A stretch of 64,000 nucleotides of DNA from an uncultured Pelagibacteraceae bacterium (GCA_902571975.1 CACGED010000004.1:394-64393), one strand, 5' to 3'; shown: positions 24,401-34,198, counted from the stretch's first letter. The notes: generated by a model from the sequence alone, not told the origin. Made by a program: numbers and translations.

Positions 24401-25483
24401 ATCATTTAAAATGGTTTGAAGTAGGTAGGGACCTTTAGATATCGAGTTAGTTTTAGATATATTAATAATATTTATATTTTCATCTAAAATTTTTTGAACA
24501 ATTGTTTCATTTAACTCAGTTCCAATCTTAAAAGTTTCTTCCCCTATTACCAAATCCTCATGTAAAAACTTGCCATATAATGCATCGTTTGAGACTAGAA
24601 TTTCTTTTAATCCATCATTTTGTAATTTTTTTGCAGTTAAAAAGTTAATCTGCTCACCAATTTTGACCAAAATTTTATTATTTTTTGCATCTATGACTTC
24701 TTCGGAAAAGTTTTTTGCTTTATAATTTTCAGGATCAAATTTAGTTTTCCATTTTTTTGAATTTCCATCAAAAGTATATGTTTCTTTTTCATAAAATTCG
24801 TTAACTATATCAGATTTCGAATATCCTAAGGCTTGAAGAAATGTTGAAACAAAAATTTTCTTTTTTCTATCTATACGAAAGTATAAAAAATCTTTTACAT
24901 CAAATTCAAAATCTAACCATGAACCCCTATTAGGTATTACTCTACAATTGAATAAGAGTTTTCCACTTGCGTGGGATTTTCCTTTATCATGATCAAAAAA
25001 TACACCTGGACTTCTATGCATCTGATTTACTACGACACGTTGGACACCATTTGTAATAAATGTTCCACTGTTAGTCATCATAGGAACTTCTCCCATATAA
25101 ACTTCCTGTTCTTTTGCAGATAGAATATCTTTGGTGTTATTTTCTTGATCTATATCATAAACAACTAATCTAAGAGTACATTTCAAGGCAGCTGAATATG
25201 TAAGGCCTCGTGTGATGCATTCATCAACATCAAATTTTGGTTTTTCGAGTCTATATGAGATGTATTCTAGGGTAGCCTTATCGTTTAAATCTTCAATTGG
25301 AAATATACTTTTAAATACACGATGAAATCCTTTTATTAAATGCTGATCAACATCATCTTTAAATTCAGTTAACTCTTTGTATGAATTCTTCTGAACTTCA
25401 ATTAAGTTTGGTATTGATAAACTTTCTTTTAACTTACCAAAACTTTTCCTTATATTTTTTTTCTCAGTAAAAGATAATTGCAT
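21401..25483 (-). CDS. rpoB: RNA polymerase beta subunit
   Basis: [32 protein letters not shown]. Confidence 0.99.
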   Translation of the reverse strand: MQLSFTEKKNIRKSFGKLKESLSIPNLIEVQKNSYKELTEFKDDVDQHLIKGFHRVFKSIFPIEDLNDKATLEYISYRLEKPKFDVDECITRGLTYSAALKCTLRLVVYDIDQENNTKDILSAKEQEVYMGEVPMMTNSGTFITNGVQRVVVNQMHRSPGVFFDHDKGKSHASGKLLFNCRVIPNRGSWLDFEFDVKDFLYFRIDRKKKIFVSTFLQALGYSKSDIVNEFYEKETYTFDGNSKKWKTKFDPENYKAKNFSEEVIDAKNNKILVKIGEQINFLTAKKLQNDGLKEILVSNDALYGKFLHEDLVIGEETFKIGTELNETIVQKILDENINIINISKTNSISKGPYLLQTILNDKNENKNDAITEIYKILRPGEPPTIEIATQIFNNLFFSSDRYDLSDVGRVKMNSRLNLICSDKITILRNDDILAIVKKMLDLRDGKDEVDDIDHLGNRRVRSVGELVENQARIGVYRMERAIKEKMTTLDVESAMPQDLINAKPLTISLKDFFATSQLSQFMDQTNPLSEITHKRRVSALGPGGLTRERAGFEVRDVHPTHYGRICPIETPEGPNIGLINSLSTYSKINKYGFIESPYKKVENGIVQDKIEYLSAMEETKFTIAQANSLLDKNGKFVEDLVSSRANLDFILSKPENIDYIDVSPKQLVSVAASLIPFLENDDANRALMGSNMMRQAVPLLKPEAPLVGTGIESDVALDSGVTIVARREGIVDKIDGKRIVIKASNEKDYSQSGVDIYNLQKFKRSNQNTCINQKPLVRVGDKVKSGDIIADGPSTKTGELALGKNVTVAFMPWQGYNFEDSILISERCVTDDVFTSIHIEEYEVMARDTKLGEEDITRDIPNINEEALKNLDESGVVYIGAEVKPGDILVGKVTPKGDSASGPEEKLLRSIFGEKAIDVTDTSLKMPSGSGGIVVDVRVFNRHGIEKDERSITIERSEIESVQQDKNVEEEILERSIKQRASSILNNTKLLKKIKNIEAGFNLNDETIFQLTMSDLFKISIEDGKKTEALLQLRSQYDKAKKDIQDRFEDKVLKIRQGDDLLPSVMKMVKVFVAIKRRLRPGDKMSGRHGNKGVVSKIVPVEDMPYRENGKPVDIVLNPLGVPSRMNVGQILETHLGWSCKELGEQLTDLINQNQKKIEKDEKISNFLKSVYGEEVYSENIDGLSNTEFNDLCQNIQNGVPIATPVFDGAKEADVTKMLDLANLPNSGQTELWDGRTGEKFDRPVTVGIIYMLKLHHLVEDKIHARSTGPYSLVTQQPLGGKAQLGGQRFGEMEVWALEAYGASYTLQEILTVKSDDVAGRVKVYETIVKGEENFESGIPESFNVLVKEIKSLALNVELN

Positions 25484-25493
25484 ATCTACGTTT

Positions 25494-25517
25494 TTGCTGA
25501 ATTAATTTATTCAGCAA
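25494..25517. promoter_or_regulatory. 9-bp-stem hairpin between rplL and rpoB (possible attenuator or processing site)
   Basis: TTGCTGAAT-TAATTT-ATTCAGCAA perfect inverted repeat 10 bp upstream of the rpoB ATG; no U-tract on the coding strand. Confidence 0.35.
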
Positions 25518-25540
25518 TTGAATTCTTTCTTTTTAAGTAT

Positions 25541-25912
25541 TTATTTAAGTTCTACTTTAGCGCCTGCAGCTTCTAATTTAGCTTTAATTTCTTCAGCTTC
25601 TTTTTTATTCACACCTGATTTGACTTCTTTAGGTGCACCTTCAACTAAATCTTTGGCTTCTTTTAATCCTAATTCAGTAACAGCTCTAACTTCTTTTATA
25701 ACATTTATTTTTTTATCACCAGCAGCAGTTAACATAATTGTAAATTCATCTTTCTCCTCGGCAGGTGCATCTCCACCAGCGGCAGCTGGCGCAGCAGCAA
25801 CTGCAGCTGCAGCAGTCACTCCCCATTTTTCTTCTAATTGTTTTGAAAGCTCAGCTGCTTCAACAACAGTTAAGCTTGATAAATCCTCTATAATTTTATT
25901 TAAGTCAGCCAT
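25541..25912 (-). CDS. rplL: 50S ribosomal protein L7/L12
   Basis: [29 protein letters not shown]. Confidence 0.99.
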   Translation of the reverse strand: MADLNKIIEDLSSLTVVEAAELSKQLEEKWGVTAAAAVAAAPAAAGGDAPAEEKDEFTIMLTAAGDKKINVIKEVRAVTELGLKEAKDLVEGAPKEVKSGVNKKEAEEIKAKLEAAGAKVELK

Positions 25913-25936
25913 AATAATAATTTGTTTTGTCCCTGG

Positions 25937-26446
25937 TTATTTTTTTGATTTTTCGAGCGCTAAAATAGCGATTTTTGAAGCCGGTGCAAGCAAAATACTT
26001 GCGATTTTTTGTGCAGGAGACCTTAAAATACCTACTATTTTGGCTCTTGCCTCTTCTAATGAAGGTAATGTTGCAACATTTTTAACTCCTGCTACATCCA
26101 AAATGTCGGTCCCCATGATTCCCCCTAAGATTTTTAGGTTTTCATTTTCTTTTGAAAATTTAGTAAGAATTTTTGCAGATGTGATTGCATCTTCTGATAA
26201 AGCTACTGCTGTTGGTCCTGAAAACAAATCTGACAATTCTTTGCATTTTGTTTTTTCCAAAGCTAGCTTTGTAATTCTATTATTTGTTATTTTGAATTTA
26301 ATACCGTGCTCACGCATTTTTTTTCTTAGGTCATCTAGTTGATTAACAGTTAAACCTTGATAATGAGTTACAATAACTGCTTCAGTTTTATCAAACTGAG
26401 TGGTCATATCATCTATATACTGTTTTTTTTGTTCTTTGTTCATCAT
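25937..26446 (-). CDS. rplJ: 50S ribosomal protein L10
   Basis: YQGLTV..LR, GPTAVA, LPSLEEARAKI. Confidence 0.97.
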   Translation of the reverse strand: MMNKEQKKQYIDDMTTQFDKTEAVIVTHYQGLTVNQLDDLRKKMREHGIKFKITNNRITKLALEKTKCKELSDLFSGPTAVALSEDAITSAKILTKFSKENENLKILGGIMGTDILDVAGVKNVATLPSLEEARAKIVGILRSPAQKIASILLAPASKIAILALEKSKK

Positions 26447-26448
26447 AA

Positions 26449-27138
26449 TTAAAAACTCTTATCTAACTTTAGTTTGTAAGATACGCCCATACTTGAAGTT
26501 ATAAATATTTGTTTAACTAAGTCTCCTTTTACAGTTAAGTTAGATTTTTCTTTTTCTAACGCTTCAATTACAGCATTGTAATTTTTAATAAGTTTATCGT
26601 CACCAAATGATTTTTTTCCAATACTTAGTCCGATATTGCCATCTTTATCGTTTCTAATTTCTACTTGGCCAGCTTTTGACTCGTGCACCGCTTTACTGAT
26701 ATCATTAGTTACAGTTCCCAATTTTGGGTTAGGCATCAAACCTTTTGGACCTAAAATTTTCCCTAGTTTAGAGAGTTTTATCATCATAGATGGCGTACAA
26801 ATTAATTTTTCAAAATTTAAATCACCATTTTTAATTTTTTCAACTAAATCATCACCACCAACTAAATCTGCTTTTGCATCTTTTGCTTCATTAATTTTGT
26901 CATCCTCACATACTACAGCCACATTAACAGATTTTCCTGTACCTCCTGGTAAATTAACCACAGTTCTCAAATTAATTTCGTTTTTTTTCTGTTTATTGTT
27001 AATTCTAAAACTTAATTCAATCGACTCATCAAATTTTGTAGTACAATTAGATTTAACAATGTTTAACAAATTTTCAATTTTATCATATTGAAGATTTTTT
27101 GTATTATCAGGTAATTTTTTATATCTTTTAGATCTCAT
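26449..27138 (-). CDS. rplA: 50S ribosomal protein L1
   Basis: KFDESIE, LGKILGPKGLMPNPKLGTVT. Confidence 0.98.
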   Translation of the reverse strand: MRSKRYKKLPDNTKNLQYDKIENLLNIVKSNCTTKFDESIELSFRINNKQKKNEINLRTVVNLPGGTGKSVNVAVVCEDDKINEAKDAKADLVGGDDLVEKIKNGDLNFEKLICTPSMMIKLSKLGKILGPKGLMPNPKLGTVTNDISKAVHESKAGQVEIRNDKDGNIGLSIGKKSFGDDKLIKNYNAVIEALEKEKSNLTVKGDLVKQIFITSSMGVSYKLKLDKSF

Positions 27139-27566
27139 TATTCTTTAACCTCGATACCCATAGATCTTGCTGAGCCTGCAATAATTTTTGCTGCTTCATC
27201 AATATCATGAGCGTTCAAATCCTGCATTTTTTTTTCAGCAATATCTTTAAGCTGTTGCTTAGATATACTTCCAACAATATTTCTTCCTGGTTCTTTTGAT
27301 CCACTTTTAAGTTTCATTGCCTCTTTAATAAAATGTGATGCAGGTGGTGATTTTATAACAAAATCAAATTTTTTATCTTTGTAAACTGTAATAATAACTG
27401 GCACAGGTTTTCCCGCGAAGGATTTAGTCTTATCATTAAATGCTTTACAAAATTCCATAATATTAATTCCTCTTTGACCAAGAGCAGGTCCAACTGGAGG
27501 AGCTGGATTCGCTTGACCACCCATTATTTGTAATTTTACATATCCGCTTATTTCTTTTTTTGCCAT
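27138..27566 (-). CDS. rplK: 50S ribosomal protein L11
   Basis: [26 protein letters not shown]. Confidence 0.99.
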   Translation of the reverse strand: MAKKEISGYVKLQIMGGQANPAPPVGPALGQRGINIMEFCKAFNDKTKSFAGKPVPVIITVYKDKKFDFVIKSPPASHFIKEAMKLKSGSKEPGRNIVGSISKQQLKDIAEKKMQDLNAHDIDEAAKIIAGSARSMGIEVKE

Positions 27567-28096
27567 TAGCTTGCCTTTTCTACTTGATTGTATTCTAAAT
27601 CAACAGGTGTTGGTCTACCAAATATTGAAACAGAAACTTTTAATCTTAATTTATCTTCATCTATATCTTCTACTAAACCACTGAAAGAAGCAAATGGTCC
27701 ATCAATAACCTGGACCTTCTCTCCTACATTATATTCCACACCTGATTTCGGCTGTGCAACACCATCTTTAATTTGACCAAGTATTTTTTCTATTTCTTTA
27801 TCTGAAACAGGAATCGGAGTTCCCTTTGATCCAAGAAATCCACTAACTTTTTTTAGATTTTTAATCATATGGTAGATATTATTGTCCATTTCACTTTTAA
27901 TTAATACATATCCAGGAAAATATTTTTTTTTTCTTTGAACTCTTTTTCCTCTCTTAACTTCTGTTATGTCATGAGTAGGGACAATAATTTCTTCAATCTT
28001 TTCAGCTATTTTTGCTTTTTCTGCTTCTTCCTTAATAAGTTGAGCAACTTTATTTTCAAAACTAGAATGTGATTGAACAATATACCAATTTTTCAT
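27566..28096 (-). CDS. nusG: Transcription factor NusG (true start ATG at 28096)
   Basis: [28 protein letters not shown]; start overlaps the secE stop (TAATG). Confidence 0.97.
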   Translation of the reverse strand: MKNWYIVQSHSSFENKVAQLIKEEAEKAKIAEKIEEIIVPTHDITEVKRGKRVQRKKKYFPGYVLIKSEMDNNIYHMIKNLKKVSGFLGSKGTPIPVSDKEIEKILGQIKDGVAQPKSGVEYNVGEKVQVIDGPFASFSGLVEDIDEDKLRLKVSVSIFGRPTPVDLEYNQVEKAS

Positions 28097-28287
28097 TACA
28101 AACCTACTCTGAGTATAACTTCTAGAAAAAACTTTAACACTTGATCTAGTAGTAAAAAAAACAAGGAAGCTAAAACCGCCATTGCAAAGACCATTAATGC
28201 ACCTTGTAAAGTCTCTTTTGCAGTTGGCCAAGAAATCTTAAATGCTTCTTGCTTAACGTCTTGTATAAATTTAAGTGGGTTTTTCAT
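28096..28287 (-). CDS. secE: Preprotein translocase SecE
   Basis: EAFKISWPTAKET plus one TM helix; between tRNA-Trp and nusG. Confidence 0.95.
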   Translation of the reverse strand: MKNPLKFIQDVKQEAFKISWPTAKETLQGALMVFAMAVLASLFFLLLDQVLKFFLEVILRVGL

Positions 28288-28304
28288 TTTTCATTTAACT
28301 AAAG

Positions 28305-28380
28305 TGGCAGGAGCGAAGGGAATCGAACCCCCAACCTCCGGTTTTGGAGACCGGCGCTCTACCAATTGAGCTACACTCCT
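28305..28380 (-). tRNA. tRNA-Trp (CCA)
   Basis: AGGAGTGTAGCTCAATTGGTAGAGCGCCGGTCTCCAAAACCGG...TTCGATTCC...CCA; 76 nt. Confidence 0.97.
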
Positions 28381-28387
28381 ATTGAGT

Positions 28388-29578
28388 TTACTCTATAATC
28401 TTAGTTACTACTCCAGCTCCTACTGTTCTACCACCTTCTCGGATTGCAAAATTAAGTTTTTCATCCATTGCAATTGGTGTGATAAGTTTTACTGTAAATT
28501 TAGCATCATCACCTGGCATCACCATTTCTGTTCCAGATGGCAATTCAACTTCACCAGTAACATCTGTTGTTCTAAAGTAAAATTGAGGTCTATACTTAGT
28601 AAAGAATGGGGTATGTCTTCCACCTTCTTCTTTTTTTAATACATAGGCTTGAGCTTCAAATTTAGTGTGAGGTTTGATAGATCCTGGTTTGCAAAGCACC
28701 TGGCCTCTTTCCACGTCAGTTCTTTCAACACCCCTTAATAGTGCACCTATATTATCTCCTGCTTCACCTGAGTCTAAAAGTTTTCTAAACATTTCTACAC
28801 CCGTACAAACTGATTTTTTAGTTTCTCTAATGCCAACTATTTCTATTTCTTCTCCAGTTTTAATCACTCCTGATTCTACTCTTCCTGTTACAACAGTTCC
28901 TCTTCCAGAAATTGAAAAAACATCCTCCACTGGCATTAAGAAATCTTTATCTTTAGGTCTGTCTGGTTGTGGAATGAACTCATCAACAGCTTTCATTAAT
29001 TCCATAATTGAATTTTTTCCAATTTCATCATCTTTTCCCTCTACTGCAGCTAAAGCTGAGCCTTTAACTATTGGAGTTTTATCTCCTGGAAACTTATATG
29101 ATGTTAATAAATCTTTAATTTCCTCTTCAACCAAATCTATCATTTCTTTATCATCGACTTGATCTACTTTATTTAAATATACAACAATTGCAGGAACTCC
29201 TACTTGACGAGCAAGAAGAATGTGTTCTCTTGTTTGTGGCATTGGACCATCTGCTGCATTCACAACTAAAATTGCTCCATCCATTTGTGCAGCACCTGTA
29301 ATCATATTTTTTACATAGTCAGCGTGACCAGGACAATCTACATGGGCGTAATGTCTGTTTGCGGTTTCGTATTCTACGTGTGCTGTAGAAATTGTTATAC
29401 CTCTCTCCTTTTCCTCAGGAGCTTTATCAATTTGGTCATAAGCAGTAAATTGCGCACCACCTGACTCTGCTAATACTTTAGTTATCGCAGCAGTTAATGT
29501 TGTTTTACCATGATCAACATGACCAATAGTTCCAATATTACAGTGCGGTTTATTTCTTACAAACTTTTCTTTTGACAT
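28388..29578 (-). CDS. tuf: Elongation factor Tu
   Basis: [21 protein letters not shown]. Confidence 0.99.
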   Translation of the reverse strand: MSKEKFVRNKPHCNIGTIGHVDHGKTTLTAAITKVLAESGGAQFTAYDQIDKAPEEKERGITISTAHVEYETANRHYAHVDCPGHADYVKNMITGAAQMDGAILVVNAADGPMPQTREHILLARQVGVPAIVVYLNKVDQVDDKEMIDLVEEEIKDLLTSYKFPGDKTPIVKGSALAAVEGKDDEIGKNSIMELMKAVDEFIPQPDRPKDKDFLMPVEDVFSISGRGTVVTGRVESGVIKTGEEIEIVGIRETKKSVCTGVEMFRKLLDSGEAGDNIGALLRGVERTDVERGQVLCKPGSIKPHTKFEAQAYVLKKEEGGRHTPFFTKYRPQFYFRTTDVTGEVELPSGTEMVMPGDDAKFTVKLITPIAMDEKLNFAIREGGRTVGAGVVTKIIE

Positions 29579-29619
29579 TACTTTTTTACCTCATTTTTCT
29601 TTTTTCTTTTTTTAATTTT

Positions 29620-29693
29620 TGGAGCGGGTAAAGGGAATCGAACCCTTACATCCAGCTTGGAAGGCTAGCGTTCTACCATTGAACTACACCCGC
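29620..29693 (-). tRNA. tRNA-Gly (TCC)
   Basis: GCGGGTGTAGTTCAATGGTAGAACGCTAGCCTTCCAAGCTGG...TTCGATTCC...CCA. Confidence 0.96.
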
Positions 29694-29735
29694 ATCACCC
29701 AAGTATACTCCTAAATTATTTAAATATTTATTGAA

Positions 29736-29821
<86 letters not shown>

Positions 29822-29952
29822 CTAATAGCAGGGGAAGCGTCCCCTTGTTCAATAAAGCTTTAAACAACATGCGTTTTATATATTTTTATTGTACAAATGC
29901 AATACGTGAATTTCAGGAAAAATAGTATAAAAACTCAATAAATTCATAAAAT

Positions 29953-30690
29953 ATGACTCAAAAATCAACCTTTTTTATTGCGGGACGTCATGCTGTAATT
30001 GGAGCGTTGAAGAACCCTGATAGAAGAGTAATCAAAATATTCTTAACAGAGGAAAGTAAAAAAAATATTCACAAACAAAACCCTCATAAAAATTTATTAA
30101 AAGATATAAAAGTTTTTTTCAAAACTAAAAAGGAATTAGATAAATACTGTAGAAGCGAAGATATATTGCATCAGGGTTATGTTGCTGAAATAGAACATTT
30201 AGAAAGTCCTGAACTAAAAGAGTTTATTAGAGACAAAAATAATTTAACATTTGTTTGTTTGGATGAAGTTACAGATCCCAGGAATATTGGTTCGTTAATT
30301 AGGAGCGCGGCTTCATTTAATATTGATGGACTTATTGTAAAAGAAAGACATTTTCCAAGTGAAAGTAAATTATTATATAAATCTGCTAGTGGCTGTGTTG
30401 AGTACTTAAATATTTTTCAAGTATCGAATATAAATACTACTTTAAAATATTTAAGAGATAAAAATTTTTGGGTTTATGGATTTACAGCTAATAGTGATAA
30501 AAATTTTACTGATGTTAAGTGGACCGGAAATAATATTTTACTTTTTGGTTCAGAAGGATATGGTTTAAATCAACACACAGAAAAGTATACAGACTTTTCA
30601 GTAAAAATTAATATTAACAAAAATGTTGAAAGTTTAAATATATCCAATAGTGCAGCAATAGTTTTTCATCATATAAATCAACAAAAATAA
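29953..30690 (+). CDS. rlmB: 23S rRNA Gm2251 methyltransferase (SpoU/TrmH family)
   Basis: LDEVTDPRNIGSLIRSA, GSEGYG, ESLNISNS. Confidence 0.9.
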   Translation: MTQKSTFFIAGRHAVIGALKNPDRRVIKIFLTEESKKNIHKQNPHKNLLKDIKVFFKTKKELDKYCRSEDILHQGYVAEIEHLESPELKEFIRDKNNLTFVCLDEVTDPRNIGSLIRSAASFNIDGLIVKERHFPSESKLLYKSASGCVEYLNIFQVSNINTTLKYLRDKNFWVYGFTANSDKNFTDVKWTGNNILLFGSEGYGLNQHTEKYTDFSVKININKNVESLNISNSAAIVFHHINQQK

Positions 30691-30731
30691 TTTCTTGATA
30701 ATATAATAAATGCTATTAAAAAACGCTTCAT

Positions 30732-30807
30732 GCCCTTGTAGCTCAGTTGGTAGAGCAATTGATTTGTAATCAATAGGTCCGCGGTTCGAATCCGTGCGGG
30801 GGCACCA
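30732..30807 (+). tRNA. tRNA-Thr (TGT)
   Basis: GCCCTTGTAGCTCAGTTGGTAGAGCAATTGATTTGTAATCAAT...GGTTCGAATCC...GGGGGCACCA. Confidence 0.97.
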
Positions 30808-30873
30808 TCATTCAACTAAATCAATAATTATTATTGCTACAAAATTTAATTTCTAAAAAATTTTAGGTTTGAG

Positions 30874-30902
30874 TGTGTCGTGAGTGTGTCGAGGTTGTGT
30901 CG
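30874..30902 (+). repeat. Three TGTGTCG motifs at 11-bp period (putative integrase arm sites, left end)
   Basis: TGTGTCG at 30874, 30885 and 30896. Confidence 0.8.
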
Positions 30903-30923
30903 TGATCAAGTATTCGTTATTAA

Positions 30924-31352
30924 CTAATCTACACAATCAAAAACTACTTTGTAATCTTCTTTTGATTTATATTTTGCAGATCTCTCAAATTTTAAACAAT
31001 GCTTTTCTGCTTCTGGAAGCGCTTCTATTTCATCACCATATAGATATAAAACTACAAAGTTCTTATTACCATTTACAGATGGTTTTTCACATTTATAAGT
31101 TTGAGTTTGCAAATCATATGCACCTTTAACAAGTTCACCAGCGATGGGATATTTTTCAAATTGTAAACAATGTTTTTTAGCTTTATTAAAGATTAATTTT
31201 TTAGAGGCAATGTTGGGAAACCATTGAATAGTGATAAGATCATTGTTTTGTTCTATGACTGTTAATCGTTTTCCAAATCCGTAGTTTTCTCCATCATATC
31301 TACAAGACACCAATAACAAACCAAGAACCACGATCCCTAAAAGTTTTTTCAT
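30924..31352 (-). CDS. Hypothetical lipoprotein with internal AxKHCLxFE repeat
   Basis: Start MKKLLGIVVLGLLLVSC (lipobox LVSC) at ATG 31352; AKKHCLQFEK / AEKHCLKFER. Confidence 0.75.
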   Translation of the reverse strand: MKKLLGIVVLGLLLVSCRYDGENYGFGKRLTVIEQNNDLITIQWFPNIASKKLIFNKAKKHCLQFEKYPIAGELVKGAYDLQTQTYKCEKPSVNGNKNFVVLYLYGDEIEALPEAEKHCLKFERSAKYKSKEDYKVVFDCVD

Positions 31353-31642
31353 TTTTTTCCTGTACATTTTTTAGCTGCATCTTCTGTATAAAGTTTACTT
31401 CCACCCCAACTTTTAATTACTCTATCCATACATTTCCCTGTAGATCTATTAGCTCCAGAACAAGCATATGCAGCATCTTCTGTATAAAGTTTACTTCCAC
31501 CTAAACTTTTAATTACTCTATCCATGCAAATTTCTAATGGATCCTTAAACATATCTAAAAGTCCTGCATAAGAGAATTTGATGACTAAAGGATTAAAACA
31601 TATAAATAAACCCAGAACCACGATCCCTAAAAGTTTTTTCAT
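31349..31642 (-). CDS. Small secreted protein with two Cys-bounded repeats at a 32-aa period
   Basis: Signal peptide MKKLLGIVVLGL...SYA; CMDRVIKSxGGSKLYTEDAAxxC twice, DNA period 96 bp. Confidence 0.75.
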   Translation of the reverse strand: MKKLLGIVVLGLFICFNPLVIKFSYAGLLDMFKDPLEICMDRVIKSLGGSKLYTEDAAYACSGANRSTGKCMDRVIKSWGGSKLYTEDAAKKCTGKK

Positions 31643-32040
31643 TAATTAAATTTATAAATTGTAGCCGTTGCATCTCTAAACTGCCAACAATTGTAAAGTA
31701 GTGCTACACCACCTGAAATTTTTTCCATTTTATAATTACTAAATCCATCTCCACCCTTTTCATAAGCAACAATTTTAAGATCATTTTTCAATGTTGACTC
31801 TGAAGGAGCAGGATCAGTAAAGTTTCTATGACATCTACGAACAGTAATTGAAGTTATCACTTCAGCATTTTCAGGCACTGTTTCTGTATATTTTATTGTT
31901 TGATTAATCTTCCTCATCTCATCTTTGCTTACAGTAGTGCTTAAATTATTTCCTACTTTTCCAGAACCTGACGGACCTGAAGTTGTCGCGCAACCTGAAA
32001 CAAAAAAACTTATGACTAAAACTCCTAATATTTTTTTCAC
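31642..32040 (-). CDS. RcsF-like / YbjQ-fold lipoprotein
   Basis: GTG start, lipobox VSGC, low-complexity linker, then C-x7-PS..L...A...G.D and a C-terminal Cys, a pattern resembling RcsF. Confidence 0.55.
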   Translation of the reverse strand: MKKILGVLVISFFVSGCATTSGPSGSGKVGNNLSTTVSKDEMRKINQTIKYTETVPENAEVITSITVRRCHRNFTDPAPSESTLKNDLKIVAYEKGGDGFSNYKMEKISGGVALLYNCWQFRDATATIYKFN

Positions 32041-32056
32041 GTTTAGAGATTACCAT

Positions 32057-32074
32057 TGTGTCGTACGTGTGTCG
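32057..32074 (+). repeat. Two TGTGTCG motifs at 11-bp period (putative arm sites, right end)
   Basis: TGTGTCG at 32057 and 32068, about 60 bp before the duplicated tRNA fragment. Confidence 0.8.
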
Positions 32075-32134
32075 AGATTACTGATGATTGTTTATAAGTA
32101 TTGCTAAAGCATATTTATTTGATTGATGATACAA

Positions 32135-32181
32135 GATTTGTAATCAATAGGTCCGCGGTTCGAATCCGTGCGGGGGCACCA
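32135..32181 (+). repeat. Duplicated 3' half of tRNA-Thr (att site)
   Basis: GATTTGTAATCAATAGGTCCGCGGTTCGAATCCGTGCGGGGGCACCA, identical to 30761-30807. Confidence 0.95.
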
Positions 32182-32192
32182 ATACTTGAAAT

Positions 32193-33338
32193 TTATAATG
32201 ATTTTGAAGTTATTTTTTTTTTTGGATCAAAGAAAGGTTTCTCAATAACTTCACACTTAAAATTTTTATCCTCAATAGAAACATCTATCTCCATTCCAAT
32301 TACAGAATAATTAATATCTACCATAGCTAATGCTATATTTTTTTTTAAACGAGGTGAATATACTGCTGAGGTTACTTTTCCTATAATCTTATTGTCAGAT
32401 TTTAAGGGCCAGAATGTAGTATTTGGTCCGCTTAACTTTTCACATTTAATCTCTAAACCAACTTGTAATCTTTTTACTCCATTAGCTTTAATTCTTTTAA
32501 GTGCTTCTTTGCCAATAAAATTAATATCTCCATCTAAATTAACCAGACGATCTAAACCAAGTTCAAATGGGTTTGTGTGAATGTCAGCATCAGCATGGTA
32601 AGAAAGCATGCCACCTTCTATCCTTCTAATAGAAGACGTATGGCCTGGTTTAAGTCCAAACTCTTTTCCAGTAGCCATAATTTTTTCATATAAATCATTT
32701 CCTTTTGATCCATCTCTTAGAAATAATTCATAACCAAATTCACTTGACCAGCCGGTTCTTGATACAATTAATGGTATTCCATCTAAATCTAATTCTCTAA
32801 ACCAATAATATTTTAAATCTTTTATACTTTCTCCAAATAATTTAATCATGATTTCAGCAGACTTTGGTCCTTGTAATTGTAATGGCGAAACATCTGGCTC
32901 AGTTATTTTCACATCTAATCCAGAGTTAATTGCAACTCCTTGAGCCCATAATAAAATATCACTATCACCCAAAGATAACCAAAAATGATTTTCTCCCAAA
33001 CGTAAAAGAACTGGGTCATTTAACACTCCACCTTCTGCGTTTGTAATTAAAACATATTTACATTGTCCAACAGATAATTTTGATAAATCTCTTGGGGTTA
33101 ATAATTGAATAAATTTAAAAGCATCTGGCCCAGTAATTTCAACTTGTCTTTCAACAGCAACGTCACATAAAATTGCTTTTTCAATTAAGTTCCAAAAGTT
33201 TTGCTCAGGATCGCCAAAATCACGAGGTATATACATATGGTTATAAACAGAAAAACCTGTTGCGCCCCACCTGACTGTTGCATCAAAATATGGAGATTTT
33301 CTTATTTGAGTTCCAAACCCAAAGTTTTTGTTACTCAT
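32193..33338 (-). CDS. GcvT-family THF-dependent aminomethyltransferase (DmdA paralogue)
   Basis: YNHMYIP, DVAVERQVEITGPDA, SRTGWSSEFGYE, RRIEGG, GKVTSAVYSP. Confidence 0.85.
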   Translation of the reverse strand: MSNKNFGFGTQIRKSPYFDATVRWGATGFSVYNHMYIPRDFGDPEQNFWNLIEKAILCDVAVERQVEITGPDAFKFIQLLTPRDLSKLSVGQCKYVLITNAEGGVLNDPVLLRLGENHFWLSLGDSDILLWAQGVAINSGLDVKITEPDVSPLQLQGPKSAEIMIKLFGESIKDLKYYWFRELDLDGIPLIVSRTGWSSEFGYELFLRDGSKGNDLYEKIMATGKEFGLKPGHTSSIRRIEGGMLSYHADADIHTNPFELGLDRLVNLDGDINFIGKEALKRIKANGVKRLQVGLEIKCEKLSGPNTTFWPLKSDNKIIGKVTSAVYSPRLKKNIALAMVDINYSVIGMEIDVSIEDKNFKCEVIEKPFFDPKKKITSKSL

Positions 33339-34108
33339 TAATTTATTTCTTTTCTGATTTGCTCTATTTTAATTTTTTTTTGAAGACTTCTGTTTGAATC
33401 ATATAAAAGATTAAATTTAACTTTTTTATTAATCTTAATAGATATTGTCTTTGCATTTCTAACTTCGTAATTGTCAGCAACCGCACTTATTGGTCTTTTA
33501 TTAATATTTAGATTTTTAATTGTAATTTTTGATTTATCACTCACAATTCTACCCTTCCATCTTCTAGGTCTAAAGGCACTAATAGGCCTAATAGAAAGTT
33601 TTTTAGAGTCCAAGTTTAATATTGGTCCATAAACTGACATATTATATGCAGTGCTTCCTGCAGGTGTTGATATTAATACTCCATCAGAAACTAGTTTTTT
33701 AATAATTTTTTGCGAACCGTTAGAAATTTCAAGAGATGCAGTCTGTCTACTTTGTCTTAAAACTGAGACTTCATTGATAGCAATAGACTTTTTAATTTTA
33801 TTAAACTTATTCTTTACACTCATTTCTAAAGGCGAAATCGAAACTTGTTTTGCTTTTGATAAATTTCTAATAGTATTTTTAAACGAAAACTTATTCATTA
33901 AAAAACCATAACTACCAGCATTAATTCCATAAAAAGGTTTTTTGTATTTATTATACTTTTTTAATGACGAGAGCATAAAACCATCACCTCCAACGACAAC
34001 TATTAGATTGCATTTACCTAATGATATATTTTTGATTTTATGATCTAGAAAATTTTTAATTTTTTTTGATGTTTTTGTATGATCAAAAAGTATGTGTGGT
34101 TTTAACAT
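33338..34108 (-). CDS. nadK: NAD kinase
   Basis: GGDGFML, INE, DGVLISTPAGSTAY. Confidence 0.93.
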   Translation of the reverse strand: MLKPHILFDHTKTSKKIKNFLDHKIKNISLGKCNLIVVVGGDGFMLSSLKKYNKYKKPFYGINAGSYGFLMNKFSFKNTIRNLSKAKQVSISPLEMSVKNKFNKIKKSIAINEVSVLRQSRQTASLEISNGSQKIIKKLVSDGVLISTPAGSTAYNMSVYGPILNLDSKKLSIRPISAFRPRRWKGRIVSDKSKITIKNLNINKRPISAVADNYEVRNAKTISIKINKKVKFNLLYDSNRSLQKKIKIEQIRKEIN

Positions 34109-34112
34109 TTAG

Positions 34113-34198
34113 TGGTGCCCTCGGCCAGACTCGAACTGGCACTCCATAAATGGCAAGGATTTTAAGTCCTTTGTGTCTACCAATTTCACCACGAGGGC
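34113..34198 (-). tRNA. tRNA-Leu (TAA)
   Basis: GCCCTCGTGGTGAAATTGGTAGACACAAAGGACTTAAAATCCTT...GCCAGTTCGAGTCTGGCCGAGGGCACCA. Confidence 0.97.

Larger units (their letters stand above)
30761..32181. mobile_element. Integrase-less islet at tRNA-Thr bounded by 47-bp direct repeats
   Basis: 30761-30807 is identical to 32135-32181 (from just before the anticodon loop to CCA); phased TGTGTCG motifs inside both ends; three small exported-protein genes. Confidence 0.85.

Noticed and set aside
25518-26342. 274-aa plus-strand ORF, and the many other plus-strand ORFs across 1-29 kb
   Set aside because: Antisense shadows of highly conserved ribosomal, RNA polymerase and EF genes; no independent motifs
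28097-28231. N-terminal extension of NusG in the ORF track
   Set aside because: Overlaps secE in another frame; the conserved NusG start is ATG 28096
29830-29845. GC-rich hairpin AGGGGA-AGCG-TCCCCT upstream of tRNA-Tyr
   Set aside because: Short 6-bp stem in a tRNA precursor leader with no U-tract; insufficient evidence for a distinct element
32193-33338. Calling the GcvT-family gene dmdA (DMSP demethylase)
   Set aside because: The N-terminus (GFGTQIRKSPYF) differs from the SAR11 DmdA type as recalled (SRRLRSTPY), so it is more likely a paralogous aminomethyltransferase; a phylogeny is needed
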